Of a stretch of DNA of 64,000 nucleotides, positions 28,231-40,653 are shown in pieces; position 1 is the stretch's first letter; each line of letters opens with the position of its first letter. The notes beneath the pieces are model-generated. The model ran no database searches. It had not been told where the DNA came from and was given only the letters and a program-made list of their open reading frames with translations. Source of the stretch: Mustelus asterias (Eukaryota); NCBI RefSeq assembly GCF_964213995.1, contig NC_135819.1, forward strand, positions 54,932,001 through 54,996,000, given 5' to 3'. The translations under genes and the position numbers were made by a program.

Positions 28231-30099
28231 TGATGCCAGTCAGATTTTGAAGGCGTCTGTTTCAGATCTCCCACTCAAGACAGTTACAGTCACATCATCA
28301 TGAAGCAGTGCTCTGGTGGGGAGGAGGCTGTCCAATCAGCAGCTCCACCACCAGAGGTTGCTGCTCCTGAGGTATGTAGGGTGGCTTGAGAGTGCCCATC
28401 GTTCCTGCCTGCCAGTCCCGATAAGAGGGCCGGAATGGTCAGGGCTGTCAGACACGAGAAGGAATGCCCTCTGCAAGCTACGGTTGCAGCTAATCTTTGG
28501 AGCAGTGCCTTCCACATTGAATGGAATTGCTGGCTTTGGTGTCTATCCAGCCTGCTAGCAGGAGGCTGCCATCATTCCATAGCTGGCCTCCTGGTGCGAA
28601 AGGTTTCCCTTGCAATGGCTGCTGTAAGGTCAAAGGGCTTAATCAGTTACCCATCACAGCCATATGGATAATCATTCACACTGTCACCCTACTCCTGCAT
28701 TGTGCAGGTGGGAAGATGTCATGGGATCAGCCTGACAGGATTTCCCTCTCGTTATGGGCACCCACCCACCCCCCCCCCAGACTCACCTCCATAGACTATT
28801 GAGAAATCAGTCCATGGTTTTCATTGAGTGTGGAGGATTGTGATGAGAGTGAGCCAAGCAGTCAAATAATGTAAACTTTTATTCTTTCATTTTGCTTTTG
28901 ATTATTACCCAGAGTGGGGATTTCCAGACAGAATTTCTTATAAGGGTTTGTTTATTCAGGAAATCCCCGACTGAACAATGACATCCTTTTCCCTGCAAGA
29001 TACTCACAATTTGAGGGGAATTTTATAAACTTAATATTAATTACTCAATGAGTGTCATTCGCCAAGTGATAATCTTGATGATTGAAGTAATAAATAGTTC
29101 AGTTACAAAAAAAAGATACCTTTCAGAAGTGCTACTCTTTAAAAGTTTATTAACTCACTCATGGCAGCTGAATTTTGCTCTTTTAAGAAGTAATCTTAAA
29201 ATAGCAAAGGAGTCGAGTCAGAAAATCTCTTCAAATTCAACCAGGATAGATGTCACATATTTGTGAGCCATGAGTTTCTGATCAGCTTCATATAGAGAAA
29301 GCAATGCTTTCAATTCTTGCACAACTTGAAACACCTTCAATAAAACAATTGTGCAGAAACCTAGATCAAGGGCAAAAATCCATATTTCATGGACCGCATA
29401 AGATCGAAGAGAATAAACAGAATGTGAGGTAACAAGAGAATAAGCCCAGCGGTGACTTTGAAAGCAGGAAGGTCATTGTTGAAAAGAAAGGCTGAGGGGG
29501 GTGCACAGCTTGATCATTTCAAGGTCTTGAGATGAACGAGTTGAAGCATGATGAATCTTCCTGCAGCACAAGCAGAAGGAAGGGCATTATATGATCTACA
29601 GTAAAATTCCTGTTATCCAGCATTCAACCGACAAAAATGCTCCATTGAGGGGAATTTCTTAAATGTTACCCCCAAAGCAAATCCTCACTTTACCAATTGG
29701 AAACCGTTCACAAGTTATTCAGAACCCAAAGAGTTCCCAGTGCTGTCCGGTCATCTCAGCCAAGCTTCCAGCAGAGGCACCTTCTTGTTGGTAACCACCA
29801 CTCTCATCAATTACGGCATCCAACAAACAAGAGAAAGGCCGGACTGAGAAGTGCAAAAGAGCTGCATTGACAGAAAATGCAGAAAGGCAAATAGACAAGA
29901 AGGCAAATAAGCAAGCTGACATCAGTAATTCATTCAAGAAAGCATCGAGAGCTTGTACCAGGGTACAATCTCTTGCATCTTTTACGTCGATAAGGACAAT
30001 TGTAAAAGATGTTAAGGGTCCTGACACACATACACTTCAACCTGGAGCCGTTGCTTTATATTTAAATATGCACCTGCTGAGGTTTAACTAATGATTTTC

Positions 30100-30437
30100 A
30101 TAGAAACCCTACAGTGCAGAAAGAGGCCATTTGGCCCATCGAGTCTGCACCGACCACAATCCCAACCAGGCTGTACCCCCATATCCCTACATATTTACCC
30201 ACTAATCCCTAATTTCCTACCTATCTCAGGACACTAAGGGGCAATTTTAGCATGGCCAATCAACCTAACCCGCACATCTTTGGACTGTGGGAGGAAACCG
30301 GAGCACCCAGAGGAAACCCACGCAGACACGAGGAGAATGTGCAAACTCCACACAGACAGTGACCCAAGCCGGGAATTGAACCCAGGTCCCTGGAGCTGTG
30401 AAGCAGCAGTGCTAACCACTGTGCTACCGTGCCGCCC
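30100..30437 (-). mobile_element. HE1-type SINE, full length
   Basis: Very similar to 19414-19745. Confidence 0.88.
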
Positions 30438-31588
30438 ATTAATGATAAAACTCAACCCGGGCATGCTTAAAAACAAACCAGCTCCAGACAGGCGCATATA
30501 CATGGAACACTGTACAAAGCTCAATGGCAATTTACTGTCCTCCTGAGGATTTCCCCAACACTCTTAGGTCATTGGGGTCTGTCTACTTCACTCAGGTGAT
30601 TGATAACAGGACTTTGCAGCTGAGATCTGCAGCTGTTTTATACAATACCACGTTTTAAACACAGGTTTGGACACTTCTATTTAAACACTACTTCTTCAAC
30701 ATTATATTTTAAACAGGCTTTTCTATGCACACACTCACCCCCAGTCACCAGTGACGTATAACTTTAACTTTGATCTCTCAATGCTTTCAATACACTATTC
30801 CCCTCATTTTAGAATCATAGAATCCCTGCAGTGCAGAAAAAGGCCATTCGGCCCATTATGCCTGCACCAACAATAATCCCATCCAGGCCCTATCCCCGTA
30901 ACCCTATACATCTACCCTACTAATCTCCCTGACACGAAGGGACAATTTACCGTAGCCAATCAACCTAACCTCTATTGATTATCCGCATATAATTCCACTG
31001 TCCCAGCAGTTTTCCCTCCAGTGCTTAGGGAGTAGCCTGTGTTTTGTCATTGTCTTTGATTCTTGTTTCACTCCTGATTCTCATCAAAATATTGTTTGTA
31101 GGAGGCATTATTCTTTAGTATAGGATTCATTTTCATACATATGGTGGCTTTCAGCAACTTTACCTTTTCATCACCACTATCCTTGACCATGAAGCTGTTC
31201 GACAAACTCTATGTCATGGATGATCCGAAACCTCTTGCAGCTCAAGGTCTGAACCATTCTATTTAAGCTCCAACAGACACTCTAGACATTATCCCCTGAT
31301 CCAAACCCACTTTTCCGGATGTGTAATCAAGAACAACCTTAGTGACTCACACAACTCTGAGCAGAGCTGCAAGCCTCACATCCTATTCCCCACCAGGACT
31401 GCCTGCATTTACCTCCAAGACATTACCTACCTCCATTCCTTTAGCACAGTTGAAACTATCACGCACATAATTGATCTCGTGGGAGTGTTTTTTGAATGGC
31501 TCCCTCTAAAGTGCCACCTCCCATATTTTACAAATAATTTTTCATCTTGCCATCCTTTCTGAAGTACAATCCCCAGAATTGGACACAA

Positions 31589-31926
31589 TTTTTTTTTTAT
31601 ACTTTTCCAATTCAATCAAATCAAATCCAATTCAGAGTCTCAACAAGTTGAGACATTTCCGATCCAGGCTGACAGGACAGGGCGAGCGACCAAATCACCC
31701 TGTCCTGGGCCTGATCTACATGAGCCAAGCTGATTGGAGAAGGGGGAGGTTCCTCCTCCAAGACTTGAACTCATTTGCATCTTAGCCAAAAGGCCGAGAT
31801 GCCGCCCCAAAAAATTGCTTCATATGAAACATATGAAGCTTCAGTGTAACCTAATGACCTCAACCAAGCGCAGCCGACCATGGGCAGCCGACCATACTAC
31901 ACTTGATCCTAGCCAAAAGACCGAGA
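31589..31926 (-). mobile_element. U2 snRNA-headed retroposon (SINEU-like), copy A
   Basis: Reverse of TCTCGGTCTTTTGGCTAGGATCAAGTGTAGTAT (U2 5' end), polyA tail, TSD GACACAAT, inserted in a CR1 remnant. Confidence 0.85.
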
Positions 31927-32254
31927 CACAATACTCTAGTTGAGGCCTATAACCAGTGTTTTATAAAGATTTGGAATAATTGTCTTGTTTTTATATACTA
32001 CGTCCCTATTAATAAAGCTAAGGATGCCATTTGTTTTCTTAATTGCTTTTTCGACTTGTCCTGCTACCGTTAGGTTTTTGTACATCTATCTCCATGTAGC
32101 TCTATTCCTGTCATACCCTTTAAAATTATTATGTTTATATTGTCTCTCCTCATTCGTCTTACCAAGATGTATCACTTTACACTTTGCTGCACTAAATATC
32201 AGCTTATCATGTGATGCCCATTTTACTAGCCAATCCTCCTGAAGTATCTGTGAC

Positions 32255-32494
32255 AATCTCCTAATCGGCACGCTCTGGCACCTGTTTGGGTACACTGAGG
32301 GAGAATTTAGCATGGCCAATGCACCTAACCAGCATGTTTTTAGGACTGTGGGAGGAAACCTGAGCACCCGGAGGAAACCCACACAGACACGGGGAGAATG
32401 TGCAGACTCCACACAGACAGTGACCCAAGCGGGAATAGAACCCGGGTCCCTGGCGCTGTGGGGCAGCAGTGCTAACCACTGTGCCACCATGCCA
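32255..32494 (-). mobile_element. HE1-headed SINE (alternative-tail subfamily)
   Basis: Similar to 10945 and 54465 copies. Confidence 0.8.
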
Positions 32495-33145
32495 CCTGCT
32501 GTATACTTAATTCAAACCTGAAGAGCAACTGTTCACCACTATTCTTTGCTTTCAGTTGCTTAGTCAATTTTGTATCAAAACTGCCACTGCTCCTTTAATC
32601 CCATGGGTTTCAATTTTGGAAACAAGTCTATTATGTGACACATTGTCCACCACTTTTTAAAAAATCTATATACTCAACATTGACCCTAATACCCTGAACA
32701 TTCTGTTACATCGTGAAAGAATTGGATGTTCCCAAATTCAGTTACCTCCTCTGCTTGTTTTCAGGTTAACTGTCCTTGAAGGTCTGGTTAATGCGAGTAT
32801 GAAAACTGGGGTTACCAATACATGTCCTACTATTCACTGATGTGGTATATCAGTGCTACAACACATAAGAACCAAAGCACCTCCCTTCTTACCATTTCTT
32901 AATTACAATTTATATGAGTAACTCAATATAAAGGCTCAATCAAACTAAGCTCTCACTTATTTAAATTCACCATGTTCCATTTTCCCTAAACAGGAATTGG
33001 ACTGAGTTGAATTTGACTTAATAACAAGAAGAGCAACAGCTGAGACAAGGGAAAACATTTCCTCTCCATGCTGTTATGAAAACATCTTTACAACTTTGCT
33101 CCTCTTGATCCACAGATGAAATCTTCCCCTGGCTCACTTCCTTTT

Positions 33146-34020
33146 TGCCTTCTTGCCTTCAAAGGCACTTCTTGCCTTCAAACAACCACGCAACCTCAAA
33201 CAGACAATTGTCCGCAGCAAACTACCCAGCCTTCAGGAGAACAGTGACCATGACACCACACAACCCTGCCACAGCAACCTCTGCAAGACATGCCGGATCA
33301 TCGACACGGATGCCATCATCTCACGTGAGAACACCATCTACCAGGTACACGGTACATACTCTTGCAACTCGGCCAACGTTGTCTACCTGATACGCTGCAG
33401 GAAAGGATGTCCCGAGGCATGGTACATTGGGGAAACCATGCAGACGCTACGACAATGGATGAATGAACACCGCTCGACAATCACCAGGCAAGACTGTTCT
33501 CTTCCTGTGGGGGAGCACTTCAGCAGTCACGGGCATTCAGCCTTGGATCTTCAGGTAAGCGTTCTCCAAGGTGGCCTTCACGACACACGACAGCGCAGAG
33601 TCGCTGAGCAGAAACTGATAGCCAAGTTCCGCACACATGAGGACGGCCTAAACCGGGATGTTGGATTTATGTCACATTATCAGTAACCCCCACAGCTTGC
33701 CTCCTGATCTTGCAGAATCTTACTAGCTGTTCTGTCTGGAGACAATACACATCTCTTTAACCTGTGTTTAATGTTCCCTCCACCCACTTTATCTTTAAGA
33801 CCTGGCTGGCTGTAGAGATTTGCATTCTAATTAGTATTCTGTAACTTGATGTTGTGTCTCTGTGCACTGTTGAAGAACAGATTTTCACTCCATCTGACGA
33901 AGGGGCAGCGCTCCAAAAGCTTATGGTATTTGCTACCAAATAAACCTGTTGGACTTTAACCTGGTGTTGTGAGACTTCTTACTGTGCTTACCCCAGTCCA
34001 ACGCCGGCATCTCCACATCA
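33146..34020 (+). mobile_element. 5'-truncated Penelope-like element (GIY-YIG endonuclease + pLTR)
   Basis: NVVYLIRC..WYIGET.QTLRQ.MNEHR...GLNRD ORF; TSD TCACTTCCTTTT. Confidence 0.92.
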
Positions 34021-34814
34021 TCACTTCCTTTTACCACATTATCCACTAAAGACTAATAAAGTGTTACACATGTATTTTCTGAGCCTTCCTCCAAGAGTTC
34101 CTTGTTAACACAGCAGGTTTAGGAAGCGAGGAAATTTAATTTACATAAAGACAAAAATATCGCAGTTTCAATCTCCAGAATTAGTTGATCTAAGCGGAGG
34201 TAGAGTAGGAGTGTTTCAATTGACCTCAAGCTCTTCAAGTAGGGAAATAAAATTCAGTTACGATTCGTGTGACTGATCGTTAAGTGACCTGTGCTGAAAG
34301 GGCATGTGAGGAGAGGATTCCACTTGAATGTGATTTCTCTTTGGTTGGGCAATTTGCAAATATCAATCTGAAAACTCGCACATAAATAACAACTACTTGA
34401 GTTAGGTGCTAAAGGCTGTCCTGGCAATGAACAGCAGGAGGTCGACACCTTCAGGAGAGGTGTAAAACAACTGGGTAAATGCAACCTCCTCCTATAAAAT
34501 TGGCAATATCTACAATCGTTTAGCTGAATTTTGATTCAGTTGCTGATCAAATATTAGATATCCTTTATTGATAGTTAACATTTGTGGGCTAATTTATTTT
34601 CTACTGAAAATGAACTATGCAAGATGTCTGCAGAGTTTGAAAAGAAAACAGTATAGTGAAATTTGTAGGGAGTGAGAACATAATGGGGGTGATTTCCCCA
34701 GCCCACTGCGCTGCTCTAGCAGCATAATAGGCTGGGAGACATCAGTGGAGGCCATTTAGTGGGCTCCCAGCTGGGTGCCCGGGCTTCTGCAGCAAAGTTG
34801 TTTGGAGTCAAATC

Positions 34815-34925
34815 CCCATTTGCAGCCCATTAGCGGGCCCGGGACTGAAGTCTCTGCCCCCGCACCCCCCCTCCCCCCCATTTGCAGCCCGTTAGCGGGC
34901 CCAGGACTGAAGTCTCTGCCCCTGC
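34815..34925. repeat. 2x ~61-bp tandem repeat in a GC-rich DNA-transposon-like remnant
   Basis: CCCCATTTGCAGCCC(A/G)TTAGCGGGCCC(G/A)GGACTGAAGTCTCTGCCCC repeated. Confidence 0.7.
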
Positions 34926-35529
34926 ACAGCCCCCCCCCACCCCACCCCCCGCCATGCCCCCAATAGTTTAAAGATGGCATGCATCAGGTGAGGTTGTTCA
35001 ACGTTTGGGTCTGAGGTGAGGTTTTGTCTTTTTCTAACTCAGCAACACAGGATTACTCGCCAAGGAAGGTAATGGATGGAAGGAGGCGAGAGTGGAGAAG
35101 GTATTGCTTGGGTCCTCAAATATCACAGCGGCTAAAAAAGATGGTGGACCTTGTGCTCAGGTCCTGGAGTGGCAGCACAGCAAGGCACGGGCAGGTTTGG
35201 GGGCAGGTTGAGAAGGGAAGAGCTGTCTGAAGAGAAGCAGGCCTAGAGGGCAGGTCTGTCATTGCAATGGCCTCATCCTATGTGCCCAAGTGAGACAGCA
35301 GCATATGAACTGTCAGGGAAGGGAGTTTGAGTTTGAAGCAGGAAAGATCCAGCTGCAAGTTCACAGTGTTAGCATCTATCAACTTGGCTGCTAAGAAAGT
35401 TGTACCTTGCTGGAGGTTCAGGTGTTCAGGTACTGTGAGGAAATTCTTACCTCGTCGGAGATTAGATTGTTCTGGGTTGTTCTGGGGCTGGGGGGATGGG
35501 GGTGGGGCAGTTCTGGATGTCTCTGGAAA

Positions 35530-36203
35530 CGGGATCTTGGGTTCATGTCACACTATCTGTAACCCCCACAACTTGCCTGGGCTTGCAAAATCTTACTAAC
35601 TGTCATGACTTGAGACAATTCACAGGTCTTTAACCTGTGCCTAACCCTCTCTCCACTCACATTGTCTGCACTTGTAAAGACTTGATTACCTGTTAAGACA
35701 CGCATTCTAACCATTATCTTGTAAATTGAGTCTGTCTCTATATATGCCCTGTTTGTGAACCCAATTCTTCATTCACCTGATGAAAGGGCAGCACTCCGAA
35801 AGCTCGTGCTTCTCGGCCTTTTGGCTAAGATCAAGTGTAGTATGGTCGGCAGCCCATGGTCGGCCACACTTGGTTGAGGTCATTAGGTTACACTGAAGCT
35901 TCATATGTTTCATATGAAGCAATTTTTTGGGGCGGCATCTCGGCCTTTTGGCTAAGATGCAAATGAGCTTAAGTCTTGGAGGAGGAACCTCCCCCTTCTC
36001 CAATCAGCTTGGCTCATGTAGATCAGGCCCAGGACAGGGTGGTTTGGTCGCTCGCCCTGTCTTGTCAGCCTGGATCGGAAATGTCTCAACTTGTTGAGAC
36101 TCTGAATTGGATTTGATTGAATTGGAAAAGTATAAAAAAATAAACCTGTTGTGAGACTTCTTACTGTGCCCACCCCAGTCCAACGCCGGCATCCCCACAT
36201 CAT
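35530..36203 (+). mobile_element. Penelope pLTR fragment hosting the U2-headed element
   Basis: Matches 59720-60059 on both sides of the insert. Confidence 0.8.
35808..36140 (+). mobile_element. U2 snRNA-headed retroposon (SINEU-like), copy B
   Basis: GCTTCTCGGCCTTTTGGCTAAGATCAAGTGTAGTAT = U2 nt 4-39; body nearly identical to copy A; A-rich tail. Confidence 0.87.
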
Positions 36204-38854
36204 TCAAGGCATCGGGAGGGCATTATGAGCATTCCTGTCATGTGCTCTACAACTGTGCTTTTGATCAGTGTGCAGTGTTGTAATGCTCCACCACAGGGCT
36301 TTTGGGGATGATGTGTCTCGAGCCCCATTCTGAGACCCAGATCCAACTCTGCACTTGAGCAGGGGCCTCCAATAGCTGTGGCAGCTCGGAGTTCCTTAAG
36401 AGCATGCATCATGGGAACATCCTGGGAAACGAGCGCACACTGCATAATTCTTTGCTGGAGGTCACAGATAACCTAAACGTTAAGGGAGTGAAGCCTCTTC
36501 CGATTTACAAATGCAGCTGACTGTTCCCAGGGAGCTTTAATGGCCACTTGTGTGAGGTTGATTGTACACTGTACCTGTGGACACCATGTGATAGCCTCTG
36601 ATGCCAACTGCTCTAGTGTCCTGGCTGTCATCATCTGCTCAGAATCTGATGTATTTGTTGGCCTTTCTATACAGGGAATTTTTCACCTCTCAAATGCACC
36701 TATATATTGCAGCCTGGGAAAAACTACACACGAGTGGTGAGTTTGTGGAATTCATTACTACAGGAAGTAGTTAATGCCAAAACGTTGAATGTACCCAAGA
36801 GGCAGCTAGATATAGCACTTGGGGCGAATGGGATCAAAGGTTATGGGGAGAAAGCAGGATTAGGCTATTGAGTTGGACGATCAGCCATGATCGTGATGAA
36901 TGGCGGAGCAGGCTCGAAAAGCCAAATGGCCTCCTCCTGCTCCAATCTTCTATGTTTCTATGAACCCTTGTGAAGGCCTGAAATTGGGTTCCCTGCAAAC
37001 CCAGCGGGCTGCTGGTCTTGTTGTAGGAGCACTGACAGGTCAGTAAACCTCTCTTAAGAAAACTTTACCCACCTCCAACTTTGCCTGTCAGACAACTGGA
37101 GGTAATTGGTTCATGCTCTGAACACCCACTGATGAGCCACCACTACTTAGCAAGATGAGAATGTACCAACACAATGGCCAACCGAATAACTATATTATAA
37201 TATCTATATACGTGCTGAGAACAATCCCCCACTATGTGATTGCATGGGGAACACATTCCCATTGCACACATTTAAAATTTGCATTTTGATTGTGTGTGTT
37301 GTAACTCCCGATGCTTAGGTGGAAGTGGCATCCATTTCCTGTCCCACTGTCAGGAGCCAGGCTCTTCTTGTTAAATCCCATCCTTCGAGTGAGAATTTTG
37401 CCACATGCCATGTCGTTGGGGTAGGTTTTGGGTGGCTAACATGTTCCAATGTGAGGCAAGACCTCCCTGCTATATTGTCAGGACACAGCAATTAAGAGTC
37501 GGTGGGAATGAGAGCTGGTCAATTAAAGTTGGCAGTCGGACCTTCAGTGCCATCGTCCCAATCAGAGGTTCGGCAGCTCTGGAGCCTTAGCAGGACCACT
37601 GACAGAGATGGATTCTACTGAGGCTATAGGGGAGTCGCACTGTCGGGGAGCTGTGAATTAAATTAACTTTTATTTGGGCCACACAGGCAGGGTCTGAAGG
37701 AGGAGGGGAAACTCCTACAGCAGCAGCACTGGGGCCACTGGAGGGTCACTTGCTGCTGGTGGCCATCCCCTCCCTGTGCTCTGGAGCCTCCAGCTACCCC
37801 CCCCCCCCCCCCCCCCCCCCCACGCAAACACCCCAGAAACAGCGGGAGGCTGCCTCTGAGCAGCTGGTGGCCTCCCCTTTGCAGCAAGGGGTACGCTCCA
37901 TCACTGGCAAAATGCTAGCTGTCTGGAAAACCGCCATTCATTGGGCCATTAATTTTTTCAATTGGCTGCCTTCATCTGTTTGGCAGGGAGCCAAGTTGTT
38001 GCTGTTCCCGCTACTGGGAACCCTCCCAGATGGTGGGACTGAATCAGGAGGATGTCCTGGTGTTGCTCCCTGGCATTTTATTAATTCCCCCGTCTACCCA
38101 CCACTTACATAGGGGTGAGTACTTCCCATCACATAGGGATGAGTAAAATTATCCCATGATCACACATAGATATGTATTCAATACAACAGCCACAAAACAC
38201 GTCCACATTCACTGAAAGTACTCTAAGGCTTTTAGCTCTAATTTCTTAATAATGCAGGTATTATTTCATAACCATGGTTTAAGCATTTTGATGAAAACAA
38301 TAAATAAATACATAGGTTAAATTGCAAGGTGAATAACAGCCTGTATTTTCTGAATCTCCAACAGTCACTAATCCTATAATAACTTCTTCCTAACTTTAGT
38401 ATATTTGGCACGGTTCATTGATTCCTCACACCCATCTATCATTACTGCCTGTTTCAAAAAATAAGAGATGTTTAAATTTTACTTTGTTGTTTAGATATCA
38501 TATGATACATAAGACTTAAAAAATGCCAACTTAGGAACCACATTCTCATTACAGTTAAAATAAAATCGCCATGTTTTCAAACTAGCTGATGGCGCTGGGA
38601 CTAATAACTTCAACGAGGTTGAATCATAACTGAGAAGTTGGAAGTAATATTTCAAAAGCCAGCACTTTAGTTACGCGTTCAATGAAGTGAACTGGGGCAT
38701 TATTGTTGCCCCACCAGCATGAGGCTAGTAACCTTCTGCTGCCTCCTCCAGCTCTGGACTCACTTGAGAAACCACCGTTCACCACAGACTGCCATTCCCT
38801 CAGCAGAATGGAGCAGCACTCCAGCTGCCTGGAACCAACCCTCCTCTTCATCTT

Positions 38855-39210
38855 TTTTAAAATTCATTTGTGGAACAGAGGCATCACTGGCTGGCCAGCA
38901 TTTATTGCCCATCCCTAATTGCCTTGGCCTTGAGAATTAACCACATTGCTGTGACTCTGGAGCCACATGTAGACCAGACCAGGTAAGGACGGCAGATTTC
39001 CTTCCCTTAAGGAGGGAACCAGATAGGTTTTTTTCTGACAATTGGCAATGGTTTCATGGTCATCAGTAGATTCTTAATTCCAGATTTTTTTCTTTTACTG
39101 AATTAAATTCCACCATCTGCCACGGCGGGAATCAAACTCAGGTCTCCAGAACATTAGCAGAGTTTCTGGATTAATAGTCTAGCGATAATACCACTAGGCC
39201 ATCGCCTTCC
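38855..39210 (-). mobile_element. SINE family B, near full length
   Basis: Reverse of the 329-615 pattern. Confidence 0.75.
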
Positions 39211-40653
39211 CTTTCTGCTAGTTATGAGCTGATGTTCACTCTGGCCTTTGAAGTGATCAGTGGGACATGTTAATATTGCCAATAAAGGTTCCAACCCTAC
39301 TCTAAGTCAGAATTGAATGTATCAACCCTTGGTGCATTCTATAGCTTAAATGTTACAATCTACAGGCAACCATAGGTCATGACCTCCACAGGTGCTAACT
39401 TACACAACACACAGACAACAATTCAAATATATAGATTCCTGCACAACATTAACAAAATAAATTAAATCTATCCAAAAGTATGGAGATATGACTAATAGGT
39501 ACAATAAATGTCAATTTTATAAATACCAGCATATCACCCATATCATTGTTTCATATTCCTGGAATCTGTCACAATTTCCCTATTTGTCTGCCCCAGAACC
39601 TGGGAATCACGCCTCTTCCCCAACAGCAGTCTCACTGTTCAAATGTTCCAGGATCTCCCTCAGACAACCCAAAACTCGCAATAACTCACACTCCAGCAGT
39701 TCTCTCAGATCAAGTAATCTCCTTTCCCAATGTCTCCAGGGCTTGCATCCCTCCGTAAACAATCCTAGATCATGGGACCTCATTCCCCAGTGTTTCCTCA
39801 CTCAGCGATCCTTTCAGATGCTTCCGCAGCCTAGGACCCCTCTCTTGTTCTCCATGAATCCCATTGGTCCATTCTCCCAAGACTTCTTCCCACTCCTCGC
39901 AATCCTGTTCTCAGTTGTCACAAACACAAGGATCTGTTTTTTCCAGGACTCCCGTATCCTGTAACCATTCTCCTGCTTCTGCCAGATTCATGTTGGCTCC
40001 AACATCCATAGTCCCATTTCCCAGTATTACACACCACCACATTCTCTAATATTACCACATAAGAACATAAGAACTAGGAGCAGGAGTAGGTCATCTGGCC
40101 CCTCGAGCCTGCTCCACCATTCAATAGGATCATGGCTGATCTTTTCATGGACTCAGCTCCACTCACCCACCAGTTCACCACAACCCTTAATTCCTTTACT
40201 GTTCAAACATTTATCTATCCTTGCCTTAAAAACATTCAATGAGGTAGCCTCAACTGCTTCACTTAGCAGGGAATTCCACAGATTCACAACCCTTTGGGTG
40301 AAGAAGTTCCTCCTCAACACAATTCTAATCACATCACAGACATTGGGTGTGGTTTCACCGGTTCGCCATATCGAGTGACTGGCGTGGAGAGTCAGTAAGA
40401 TAGTCTGAGAGGTGTAAAAATCGGGTTTGCATCCAGCTTCTCGCCTCTCATGATCTTACTGGCCCCATTTTGCCGGCAAAATCAGTCTCGTACCTAGTAA
40501 CAGTGCGAGGTTGATTTCAACATTAATGACATGTTTAACATGGCCAGTACCATGGCATAACAACTGTTAATTATCTTCAAGATATAATGCAGTGTTCTGT
40601 CATGAAGCACAACATATTTTTACAGCCATTTTATAATATTTTTCTATCACTTG

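Larger units (their letters stand above)
24730..28720 (-). mobile_element. Old RTE-clade LINE remnant split by younger CR1 insertions
   Basis: SAPDLQAILDLFKSAYKKHGLSLNTAKTK RT motif at ~25700-25830; further remnants at ~27290-27430 and ~28230-28700. Confidence 0.55.

Noticed and set aside
35808-35843. Canonical U2 snRNA gene
   Set aside because: Only nt 4-39 match; polyA tail and repeat context; no upstream snRNA promoter evident
39488-39964. 158-aa ORF
   Set aside because: Appears to be antisense to a decayed LINE ORF1-like remnant
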